Source of the DNA: Promethearchaeota archaeon
GTDB taxonomy: Archaea; Asgardarchaeota; Lokiarchaeia; Sigyniarchaeales; SOKP01
Assembly (NCBI GenBank): GCA_048938445.1
Contig: JBHLME010000039.1
Location: 1-34,727, forward strand
DNA: 34,727 nt
Direction of reading: 5' to 3'
The notes below the pieces were generated by a model, which made no database searches, had not been told where the DNA came from, and saw only the letters and a program-made list of their open reading frames with translations. Below, piece after piece: positions 9,045 to 17,993 of the stretch (its first letter is position 1; every line of letters begins with the position of its first letter). The translations under genes were made by a program, and so were the position numbers.

Positions 9045-9378
9045 AATGAGAGGAACTTGAAAGGATTTCGATTAAGGTCAATGTCTTAAATAGGGACTAA
9101 AAACTTTTTCTTCCGTGTTATATATTCAGGACATACGCGGAAGAAAGATACTCGATTACAAGATTCTTTTTTTGGAAGGGGACAGGAGGTTAATAATGGA
9201 CACTTACCCTCTAATAAGTCCTTCAATTCTATATCAAGGGACATGATAAGATAATATTACCTGATCCTTATAAATAAAAAAGAAAAACAAACATTTAAGA
9301 AGGATTAATTAAGGTATCATCTCTATTACATTCTCCATTCTACCCTTGGTGAATAATTTGTATATTTTTTTTTTTTTT
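9045..9378 (+). ncRNA. Candidate structured RNA or long structured 3' UTR, family unassigned
   Basis: At least five hairpins, several with G-U pairs that work only on the + strand. More GC-rich than neighbouring intergenic DNA and ends in a T14 run (9365-9378). Confidence 0.35.
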
Positions 9379-9683
9379 ACAGAGATCTTTTTACAAGAAA
9401 AATTAATTCATTATGAAAATCATTTTGCTCATAAAATTTCAGCTAAAAAATTATTAACAATATTATAAAATTCTAAAGTTGCATTTCATTAAATAAAAAG
9501 ATATAGAATTTTACTTCTGTTTGGTTGGACATTTTATAACTTATAAAAATCATTAAGGACAAAAAAAATCTCTTGATGAATGAAAAATGGATAAAAAAGA
9601 TTTTTAATCTTAAGATTTATATTTATAGTATAATTGAGAAATAATATATATTATATAAAATTAATATTGGCAGGAGTTTAAAA

Positions 9684-10274
9684 ATGATAAAATTTAAAGT
9701 CGTTGTCGCTGGTGCGAAGAATGTCGGGAAAACATCGCTTATCAGACGCTATGCTACTGGAAAATTTGATAAATCAACACTTTCAACTATAGGTGTGGAT
9801 TTTGAGACAAAGAAAATAAATGTAGATGGAACTGAAATCCTTTTAAACATTTGGGACTTCGCAGGAGAGAAGAAATTTCGTTTATTATTACCATCTTACG
9901 TGTCGGGTGCATCTGGAGCATTAATGCTATATGATATAACAAATAAAGACTCTCTCAATGATTTATACGATTGGATAAAGGTTATTTCTTCAGTTCCAAA
10001 TGGACCTCACACTAAATTATTAATTGAAGCAAAAATAGACTTAGCTGAAGAACGAGAAATAAGTAAAGATGAAGCCCAAAAAATATTCGATAAATATAAG
10101 TTTCAAGGAGAGATAATCGGCACGTCTTCTAAGACAGGAGAAAACGTGGAAAAAGCTTTTGAAATGTTAGGACGTCAAATATTAAAAAATTCGTTGAAAA
10201 AATGTCCAAGTTGCGATAAACTTTATCCAAAAGAGTTGAAATTCTGCCAATATTGTGGTGCAAAGACACAATAA
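9684..10274 (+). CDS. Rab-like small GTPase with C-terminal zinc ribbon (paralogue of 4113-4733)
   Basis: GAKNVGKTS, TIGVDF, WDFAGEK, AKID, TSSKTGENVEKAF, tail CPSC-x10-CQYC. AGGAG upstream of the ATG. Confidence 0.93.
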   Translation: MIKFKVVVAGAKNVGKTSLIRRYATGKFDKSTLSTIGVDFETKKINVDGTEILLNIWDFAGEKKFRLLLPSYVSGASGALMLYDITNKDSLNDLYDWIKVISSVPNGPHTKLLIEAKIDLAEEREISKDEAQKIFDKYKFQGEIIGTSSKTGENVEKAFEMLGRQILKNSLKKCPSCDKLYPKELKFCQYCGAKTQ

Positions 10275-10456
10275 TAATTCTATTTCTTAAATTTGTTATT
10301 TCATCATTATTTCAATTTTTTCTTGATCTTTCCTAAATTACAGAATTTTCATAAAGAAATAAAGAAATAATATTATAATTTTTAATAAAACATAAAAAAT
10401 ACTGAATATTTAAATAATAAATTTAGAAATTATAGTTTTTAAAATCGTCTTTAATA

Positions 10457-11527
10457 ATGAATTTTGATATAAACCAAGATATCCAAGAAATAATAAGAAG
10501 AATTGAAAAAGAAAACATAACTTATAAGGATAAAACAATTCTGGTTACTGGAGGTGCTGGTTTTCTTGGCTCTTGGATGTGTGATGTGCTAGTAAGACAA
10601 GGAGCTAATTGCATTTGTTTAGATAATTTAACATCTGGTCAATATGAAAACATCGCACATTTAGAAAGTAAAGACAACTTTAGGTTTATAAACCATGACA
10701 TAGCAAGCCCGATATATTTTGGTAAAAAAGAGCATCCAAGTGCTCCATGCTTGAGCGATATTAAAAAAATTGATATAGTAATGCACATGGCAAGTAGAGC
10801 ATCTCCATTCGAGTTTAAAATATTTCCCATACAAATTTTAAAAAGCAATACTCTTGGTACATGGATTGCTCTAGGAATTGCAAAGACTCATAATGCGATC
10901 TTCTTCTATACAAGTACTTCGGAAGTATATGGTAATCCTCCCGCAGAATGGATTCCGACTCCAGAGAGTTATAATGGAAATGTAAATCCAATCGGTCCGA
11001 GAAGTTGCTATGATGAGGCAAAGAGAGCTGGAGAAGCTTTTGTCAAGGCATATGAACTTCAGCATGAGATTAAAGCAAAAATAGTCCGCATTTTTAATAC
11101 TTCTGGACCCCGAATTCGACATGGTCCAGAATTTGGGAGAGTTATTCCCAATTTCATAAATCAAGCGTTAAATGATGAGGATATCACTGTATTTGGAGAC
11201 GGTTCTCAAACAAGATCTTTTACATATGTAGTTGATGAAATTGAAGGCTTCTTAAAAATAGTTGATAATGATAAGACAAATGGAGAAGTGATAAACCTTG
11301 GAAACGACAAGCAATTCACGATTTTAAAACTTGCAGAAATTATAATTGAACTAACAAGTTCAAATTCAAAAATTATTTTTAAACCCCTTCCCATAGATGA
11401 CCCTCTTAGAAGATCTCCAGATTTAACAAAAGCTAAACAAATTTTAAATTGGGAACCAACGACGAGATTAAAGGAAGGTCTAATTAAAACAATAGCCTGG
11501 TTTAAAGTATATGACCGAAAAGAATGA
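10457..11527 (+). CDS. UDP-glucuronate decarboxylase (UDP-xylose synthase-like extended SDR)
   Basis: TGGAGFLGS, ASRASP, TSTSEVYG, GNVNPIGPRSCYDEAKR, RIFNT, FGDGSQTRSF, DDPLRRSPD. Confidence 0.9.
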   Translation: MNFDINQDIQEIIRRIEKENITYKDKTILVTGGAGFLGSWMCDVLVRQGANCICLDNLTSGQYENIAHLESKDNFRFINHDIASPIYFGKKEHPSAPCLSDIKKIDIVMHMASRASPFEFKIFPIQILKSNTLGTWIALGIAKTHNAIFFYTSTSEVYGNPPAEWIPTPESYNGNVNPIGPRSCYDEAKRAGEAFVKAYELQHEIKAKIVRIFNTSGPRIRHGPEFGRVIPNFINQALNDEDITVFGDGSQTRSFTYVVDEIEGFLKIVDNDKTNGEVINLGNDKQFTILKLAEIIIELTSSNSKIIFKPLPIDDPLRRSPDLTKAKQILNWEPTTRLKEGLIKTIAWFKVYDRKE

Positions 11528-12029
11528 TAGAAAATTAAATTTAGACATCAGTAATAAGCATTTTCAAAAAATTGTAACTGCTAGCTTGCTTATTGGAATA
11601 ATTACGGTTTTTGGTTTCATAATCTATTATAATTTTACTCCTGAGGAGGGTTTTGTAATATTTGGTATTTTAAATGAAAATCAAGAAGCAGAAAATTATC
11701 CTACAAATGCAACAGTTAGAGAAAATGTATCTTTTTTCATAAGCGTTGAAAATTACTTATATACACAATTCTCATTTAATATCATAATAAGAACGGGAGA
11801 TAATACAACGGTATTAAATGCAAGTGGTGGAAATGGAGTCTATAACAAAACTGTTCCTTTATCTCCAGTTATTTTAAATCCAGGGCAATCTTGGATGTCG
11901 GATAACCTATCAATTTCGTTTTGGAATACAAATAATAATCCTAAAATAATTATTTTCGAATTGTGGGAAGTTCTTCCAACTCCAAGAATATATAATATTC
12001 TCTGGTTGAGATTAAACATTACGACATAG
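11511..12029 (+). CDS. Membrane-anchored archaeal protein, DUF1616-like
   Basis: One N-terminal TM helix, F.ILNE..AENYP, C-terminal LWLRLN, several N-x-S/T sequons. Overlaps the upstream gene. Confidence 0.65.
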   Translation: MTEKNDRKLNLDISNKHFQKIVTASLLIGIITVFGFIIYYNFTPEEGFVIFGILNENQEAENYPTNATVRENVSFFISVENYLYTQFSFNIIIRTGDNTTVLNASGGNGVYNKTVPLSPVILNPGQSWMSDNLSISFWNTNNNPKIIIFELWEVLPTPRIYNILWLRLNITT

Positions 12030-13404
12030 CATTACTTCCACCAAGGATTTGTACTTCACCAATTCTTACATAAGGGGCTTGAAAAGAACCATAAATTTCA
12101 AATTCTTTTGAAATTGCGTCGATTTTTGTAAATAGATCTAATAGATTAATTGCAATCATTGTCTCATTTAATGGATGTTTAATTTCACCATTTTCTATCA
12201 AATTTCCTTGTAGTATCAACCCTGAAAAATCTCCGGTTGCAAAATTTGGAGAATCTCCAGTATAATCCATTAAAATTCCCCTTTTTACATCTTTTATGAT
12301 TTCTTCTTTCGAAACGTTTCCTGGTTTAAGAATAAAATTCGAGCTCCCTATATAAGGTATAGAGCTATAAGAAGATCTTGAAGCATTTCCAGTACTCTCT
12401 GTTCCTTCTTTATTAGCAGTATAACTATTATGTAATAATCCTGATTTCAAAAGTTTCCCATTTTCAATTATTGTTCTATTTTGACAAGGAACCCCTTCAC
12501 CATCAAATGAAGATGAACCAGCAGCACCATCGATTAAAGCATTATCTTCAATAGTTAAATTGTTTGATCCGATTATAGTGTCCAATTTTCCAACTAAAAA
12601 TCCTCTTTTATATTGATAAGTTTCAGCATTAATCGCCATAGAGATTGACTGCAATATCAAATCTATTGCGCCATTAGGAGTTAAAATCAATGGACATTTC
12701 ATATTTTTTATTTTTTTCCTATTTAAATTACTTTTTGCTTTTTCTAATGCTTTCTCAGCAATTTTAAGAACATTAATATCTTTTAGGTTTCTTTGAGATT
12801 CCCATTCGGATCCTGAGGATTTGTCTTTTGAAAATTTATCTTCTACAATTATTTGTGAATACACCATGCAATTGGTATCTTTATCTTGAACTTCAAGACC
12901 ATTAGAATTCAAGATCATGGTTTTTGAATAAGCGGATTTAAAAATCGCACTCTGAGATATTGCTTGATCATCATCCATACAAACTCTGATAATATCTTCA
13001 ATATATGCTGTTGAATCCTCAATTTGGAGTTCTTTAAGATTTTTATCAAATAAACCTTTCACATTGGGATAATTTTGATAAGATGATGGTAAATCACGAA
13101 AATCAAGATCTTTTGTACCTGCTTTCATCATTTTAACGGCGGTATTTACCATCTTTTCAATTGATGCTTTTTTTACTGTATTTGTAAATGCAAAACCTAA
13201 CGAACCCCTATTATCAATTACTCTAATTGATATACCCTCATCGCTTCCCATTTCACTATTTTTTATTGAATTTTCTTCTACTTCTAATGTAAGATATTTC
13301 GATTTTTCAAAATAGACTTCAGCACACTTGACATTTGCTGAATTTTGTTCAGCAAGATTTAAACTATAACTTGCTAACGAACGATAGTCAATTTTATTAT
13401 CCAT
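12019..13404 (-). CDS. pmbA: TldE/PmbA family protein
   Basis: GISIRV..GFA, FDGEGVP, STGNASR, NFATGDFSG, no HExxxH. The ATG directly follows the tldD stop. Confidence 0.9.
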   Translation of the reverse strand: MDNKIDYRSLASYSLNLAEQNSANVKCAEVYFEKSKYLTLEVEENSIKNSEMGSDEGISIRVIDNRGSLGFAFTNTVKKASIEKMVNTAVKMMKAGTKDLDFRDLPSSYQNYPNVKGLFDKNLKELQIEDSTAYIEDIIRVCMDDDQAISQSAIFKSAYSKTMILNSNGLEVQDKDTNCMVYSQIIVEDKFSKDKSSGSEWESQRNLKDINVLKIAEKALEKAKSNLNRKKIKNMKCPLILTPNGAIDLILQSISMAINAETYQYKRGFLVGKLDTIIGSNNLTIEDNALIDGAAGSSSFDGEGVPCQNRTIIENGKLLKSGLLHNSYTANKEGTESTGNASRSSYSSIPYIGSSNFILKPGNVSKEEIIKDVKRGILMDYTGDSPNFATGDFSGLILQGNLIENGEIKHPLNETMIAINLLDLFTKIDAISKEFEIYGSFQAPYVRIGEVQILGGSNAMS

Positions 13405-14859
13405 TTAATTTAAACCTCCTATGATTACATCTTCTACTCGAATATATGGTCCTCCATCGCAAACTCTTACACTTTGCCCTCCTTTTCCACACATCCCATC
13501 ACTTGTATCAATTTCTTTACCAATTGCAGATATTTTATTTAAAACTTCAAGGGTCATAGCTGTAAGAGAAGCATCTCTCATCATTTGTTTTTTTTCTCCG
13601 TTTTCAATTAAATATGACATTTTACATTTAAATTGGAAGTTTCCTGTTATTGGATCGGTGTAACCATATTGAAATTCTTCACATAAAACACCTTTTTTTG
13701 TATCTGAAATCATTTCATCAATCGTCCAATCCCTTGGTTCAAGCATCGTGATTCCCATACGTACTTGGGGTTTATCAGAATCCGATGCTGCCCTTCCATG
13801 ACCATTTGGAGAGACATTCATTCTAGATGAAGTTTCTAGGTTATGTAAAAAGTTTTTCAAAACACCTTTTTCAATTATAACCGTTTTTTGAGAAGGAATT
13901 CCTTCAGAATCAACAAAATAGCTTCCAAATAATTCATATGGCAAGTTAAATTTTTTTCCTTGTCCAATTGTAGGATCATCATAAATAGTAACATCTTCAA
14001 TTGCGACTTGTTCACCAATCCTTCCTTTAAGAAGACTTTCCTTATTTAATACTAAATCTGCTTCAACTGCATGACCAAATGCTTCATGAACAAAGGTTCC
14101 TGTTAATTTTGGGTCCATTATTATTGTAAATTTACCTCCAACGGGGGATTTTGCATCCAATAACGCAATAACTTCCTCTGCTGTTTTTTTACTTAAATTT
14201 TTGGCTTTATCAGTTTCTGTTATCTCAAATCCTCCCAAACCACCAACAGAATTAACTGCTCTTTGAATGGTACCTTTTTCTTGAGCATATACAGAATTCA
14301 TTATTCTTAAAAAAGATAAATCTTGAGATATTAGACTCCCAAATGAATTGAGAAATAAATTAGATGAATTTTCATCCATATAAAATGTGCGAGTATTAAT
14401 AATTTGTGAAGAAAAACTTGATGCAAATTTTTCATGATATTTGATTAGATCTATTTTTTCCTCGACAGAAACATCCATTAAATTTTTTTTAATATTAACT
14501 TTAAAATTTGTGATTAGTGGATCTCTTTCCTTTATTTTGAATTTGTTGTTCGTCAAGGATTCTGAAAATCGAGCCAATTTAATTGCTTTAAGGAATCCAT
14601 TAGTAATAGATTTTATATCAAGATCTTTCAATACGTAAAAACCCCAACCACCATTAATAAACGTTCTTATCCCACATTCAGATATCAAGGAAGATGAGAT
14701 CTCTTTACTTTTTTGATCCGTAAAATCTAAAGCCATATCTTCACTAACATTACACTTAATATCCCAGTATTCGATTTTATTTGAAGATAGTTGATTTAAT
14801 TTATCTATCAATGCCTCATCGATGTTTTTTAATTCTTCTTTAATTTCCATTATTATCAT
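13405..14859 (-). CDS. tldD: TldD family metalloprotease
   Basis: HEAFGHAVEAD zinc motif, DSEG, NGHGRA..PQVRM, CGKGGQSVRVCDGGP. Start may be 14850. Confidence 0.93.
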   Translation of the reverse strand: MIIMEIKEELKNIDEALIDKLNQLSSNKIEYWDIKCNVSEDMALDFTDQKSKEISSSLISECGIRTFINGGWGFYVLKDLDIKSITNGFLKAIKLARFSESLTNNKFKIKERDPLITNFKVNIKKNLMDVSVEEKIDLIKYHEKFASSFSSQIINTRTFYMDENSSNLFLNSFGSLISQDLSFLRIMNSVYAQEKGTIQRAVNSVGGLGGFEITETDKAKNLSKKTAEEVIALLDAKSPVGGKFTIIMDPKLTGTFVHEAFGHAVEADLVLNKESLLKGRIGEQVAIEDVTIYDDPTIGQGKKFNLPYELFGSYFVDSEGIPSQKTVIIEKGVLKNFLHNLETSSRMNVSPNGHGRAASDSDKPQVRMGITMLEPRDWTIDEMISDTKKGVLCEEFQYGYTDPITGNFQFKCKMSYLIENGEKKQMMRDASLTAMTLEVLNKISAIGKEIDTSDGMCGKGGQSVRVCDGGPYIRVEDVIIGGLN

Positions 14860-14988
14860 TTACAGCTTCGATTTGATTGAGATATATCTTTATTATTTAA
14901 TTATTTAAAGAAAAACAATTTAAATCGCATTAATTTAAATTCTATCCTTAAAAGAAGTGAAGAAAATTCGTTTAAATATCTTTCTTTT

Positions 14989-15240
14989 TTAAATTAAAGA
15001 TATGTTTTTATCATGATTTATGTAGTTTGTAAGCATTTCTTTTTTAGAACCTTTTTTAAGCTTCTTAATTATCATTATAGCTTCATTGACAGAGCAATAT
15101 TTAGAAAATTTAAAAGCTCTCTTAAATTGAAAGGTTCTATTACATTTCCAACATTTTTTAGACTTTAAAGACTTGTTTGAATAATACCAGGAACCACAAA
15201 AAGCACATCTAAAAAAAATATATTGTTGGTAAATAGTCAT
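14989..15240 (-). CDS. Small basic zinc-ribbon protein (DUF1922-like)
   Basis: YIFFRCAFCG..KSKKCWKC. Confidence 0.6.
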   Translation of the reverse strand: MTIYQQYIFFRCAFCGSWYYSNKSLKSKKCWKCNRTFQFKRAFKFSKYCSVNEAIMIIKKLKKGSKKEMLTNYINHDKNISLI

Positions 15241-15432
15241 TATTAATTTTTATTAATGGTTTTCTATTAAATATAAACCGCAAAAGAATTTTCTAATTTT
15301 CATGAGACTGATTTATTTTTTAACTAATAATAAAGATATATTTCTAAAGTAATCATTACAAATCTTGAAATAAAAAGAAATATTAATTTAATAGCGTTTA
15401 ATCATAAAAAATAAAAAGATCAGAGAAATATC

Positions 15433-16791
15433 ATGAGTCATAAATTTATCCATCCTATAGAAACTCGTTATAGAACGGATATTGCCGAGTTATTTACCGA
15501 AGAAAAGAAATTGGAAAATTGGTTAAAGGTGGAAGCCGTTTTAGCAAGAGTACATGCAAGATTGGGTAATATTCCCAAAGAATTTGCTGAAGAAATTAAT
15601 AAAAAAGCTAATATCAAGGATGTTAAAATTGAACGAGTAAAAGAAATTGATAAGCAGATACATCATGACTTGATGGCAATGGTTAAAGGATTAACAGAAC
15701 AGTGTGAAGGTGAAGCAGGAAAATACATTCACCTAGGAGCAACTAGCTATGATATTGAAGACACTGCAATATCAATGCAATTAAAAGAAGCGTTAAACTA
15801 CATCAAAGGATCATTAAAAGCACTCTTAAAGCAACTCATCAATTTAATGGAAAATAAAAAAGAACTAATATGTATTGGTCGTACGCATGGACAGCATGCC
15901 ATTCCAACGACGTTTGGGATGAGATTTGGTGTCTGGGCCTATGAACTTGATCGTCATCTTGATAGAATTTCTGAAACCTTAAATCGTATCTCTTATGGTA
16001 AAATGTCTGGAGCAGTTGGTACGATGGCTAGTTTTGGTGATAAAGGGATTGAAATCCAGGAATTAGTAATGAAAGAATTAGATCTAAAACCTGTTTTAAT
16101 TGCAAACCAAGTCGTGCAAAGAGATAGACACGCAGAAGTAATATTATTGACATCTTTAATAGGACAATCATTAGCAAAAATTGCACGAGAAATAAGAATT
16201 CTTCAGAGAAATGAAATAGCGGAGATATTTGAACCATTCAAGGAAGACCAAGTAGGTAGCTCGACCATGCCACATAAAAGAAATCCTCATAAGTCAGAAA
16301 GAATTTGTAGTTTAGCAAGAATCATTAAATCAAATTCAATTGTTGCTTTAGATAATATAGTGTTAGAGGATGAAAGAGATTTAACCAATTCCGCAAGTGA
16401 ACGAGTTATTTTTGCTGAAAATTTCATATTTTTAGATTTCATGATTAAGCAACTGACCCAAATTATGGAAGGTTTAGAATTTGATGAAAAAAAAATAGAA
16501 AAAAACCTTAATCTCACGAAAGGCGCATGTTTAGCGGAGAAAGTAATGGTAGAACTGGTTAATAAAGGAATTGGAAGGCAAGAAGGTCATGAAATTTTAA
16601 GACAAGCAGCTATTCAAGCAAGAAATGAAAATGAATTCATGAAAAATGTACTCATGAAAAATGAAAAAGTAAAAGATAAATTCACTAAGAAAGAACTTGA
16701 TGAAATCTTGGATCCTCATAAATATATTGGTAAAGCAATTGAGCAAGTGCAGAATTTAAGTGAAATATTAAAGAAAAAATATAATTTTTAA
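15433..16791 (+). CDS. purB: Adenylosuccinate lyase
   Basis: HHDLMA, HLGATSYD, GRTHGQHA, SGAVGT, GSSTMPHKRNP, ERDLTNS. Confidence 0.97.
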   Translation: MSHKFIHPIETRYRTDIAELFTEEKKLENWLKVEAVLARVHARLGNIPKEFAEEINKKANIKDVKIERVKEIDKQIHHDLMAMVKGLTEQCEGEAGKYIHLGATSYDIEDTAISMQLKEALNYIKGSLKALLKQLINLMENKKELICIGRTHGQHAIPTTFGMRFGVWAYELDRHLDRISETLNRISYGKMSGAVGTMASFGDKGIEIQELVMKELDLKPVLIANQVVQRDRHAEVILLTSLIGQSLAKIAREIRILQRNEIAEIFEPFKEDQVGSSTMPHKRNPHKSERICSLARIIKSNSIVALDNIVLEDERDLTNSASERVIFAENFIFLDFMIKQLTQIMEGLEFDEKKIEKNLNLTKGACLAEKVMVELVNKGIGRQEGHEILRQAAIQARNENEFMKNVLMKNEKVKDKFTKKELDEILDPHKYIGKAIEQVQNLSEILKKKYNF

Positions 16792-16798
16792 TAAAAAT

Positions 16799-17980
16799 AT
16801 GTCTGAAAATGATAAACTATACTCTCGATTAGGAGTGTCGTCCAATAAGGAGGAAGTACATAAAGCTATAGAAAAACTGGATAAAGGTCTTTTCCCTGGT
16901 GCTTTTTGTAAAATCGTAGAAGATGTAAATGATCGCCCAGAATATTGTTCAATTTTCCATTCGGATGGAGCAGGTTCTAAATCAAGCTTAGCTTACATGT
17001 ATTATAAAGAAACTGGAGACATTTCTCCCTTTAGAGGGGTTGTTAGAGATGCAATTGTAATGAATATCGATGACATATTGTGCGTGGGTGCTACTGGTCC
17101 GGTTTTTTTGTCCAATAATCTAGGAAGAAATAGTAAATACATATCTGGAGACATCATTGCAACAATAATCGAGGAATATAATGAATATTGTGGTAAATTA
17201 ACATCATTAGGATTGAAAACAATAATGTGTGGTGGTGAGACTGCAGATATAGGGGATATCATAAAAACTATAATTATTGATGCATCGGTATTTGTATCAA
17301 TGAAAAGAAAAAATGTAATTAATGCAAATAATATTCAATCTAGTGATATTATCATTGGCTTGGCTAGTGATGGAAAAGCTTCATATGAAGAAGAATATAA
17401 TAGTGGTATTGGTAGTAATGGCTTGACACTCGCTCGACATGGCACTCTTAACCATAAATATTATCATAAATATCCCGAATGTTATGATTCCCTTATTGAA
17501 GAAAAGTCTGTTTTTTTTGGAATTCATAATTTAAAAGAGAAAGTAAAAGGAATAGGACTTACGGTTGGAGAAGCATTATTATCACCAACAAGAACTTATA
17601 CTCCAATTATCTTAGAAATCGTAAAAGAATATGGAAATGATGTTCATGGAATTATTCATAACACTGGTGGAGGTCAAACTAAAAATCTTCATTATGGAAA
17701 AGGTATTCACTACTTGAAAAACAATTTATTTAAAATTCCAATAATTTTTGAAATCATACAGAATTCCTCAAAGACTAAATGGAAAGAAATGTATAGCGTG
17801 TTTAACATGGGTCATAGATTAGAGTTGTATTGCAATGAATCGATTGCGAATGAGATTATGAAGATTTCTAAGAAATATGATGTAAACGCAAAAATTATAG
17901 GTCAATGTGAAAAATCTTCCTTGAAAAATAAAAATATGATTACTATCAAATCCGATCGGGGAGATTTTGAATATCCATAA
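16799..17980 (+). CDS. purM: Phosphoribosylformylglycinamidine cyclo-ligase (AIR synthase), long type
   Basis: DGAGSKS, MNIDDILCVGA, GGETAD, GSNGLTLARH, LLSPTRTY, HNTGGG, EMYSVFNMG. Follows purB by 7 bp. Confidence 0.92.
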   Translation: MSENDKLYSRLGVSSNKEEVHKAIEKLDKGLFPGAFCKIVEDVNDRPEYCSIFHSDGAGSKSSLAYMYYKETGDISPFRGVVRDAIVMNIDDILCVGATGPVFLSNNLGRNSKYISGDIIATIIEEYNEYCGKLTSLGLKTIMCGGETADIGDIIKTIIIDASVFVSMKRKNVINANNIQSSDIIIGLASDGKASYEEEYNSGIGSNGLTLARHGTLNHKYYHKYPECYDSLIEEKSVFFGIHNLKEKVKGIGLTVGEALLSPTRTYTPIILEIVKEYGNDVHGIIHNTGGGQTKNLHYGKGIHYLKNNLFKIPIIFEIIQNSSKTKWKEMYSVFNMGHRLELYCNESIANEIMKISKKYDVNAKIIGQCEKSSLKNKNMITIKSDRGDFEYP

Positions 17981-17993
17981 TCAATTTAGTAAA

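Noticed and set aside
9013-9073. SECIS-like ATGA...GA motif (9046-9071) just after the hef TGA stop, suggesting selenocysteine read-through
   Set aside because: The stem is short and imperfect, Hef already ends at its expected C-terminus, and no selenoprotein family gene is nearby. A kink-turn role cannot be excluded.
9045-9378. Identification as SRP RNA, RNase P RNA or a C/D box sRNA
   Set aside because: No SRP helix-8 motif, no paired RNase P conserved regions, and only a degenerate C box (ATGATAA) with one CTGA.
12019-14859. TldD/PmbA as part of a RiPP biosynthetic cluster
   Set aside because: No precursor peptide, YcaO or other tailoring enzyme is nearby, so it looks like the ordinary housekeeping pair.
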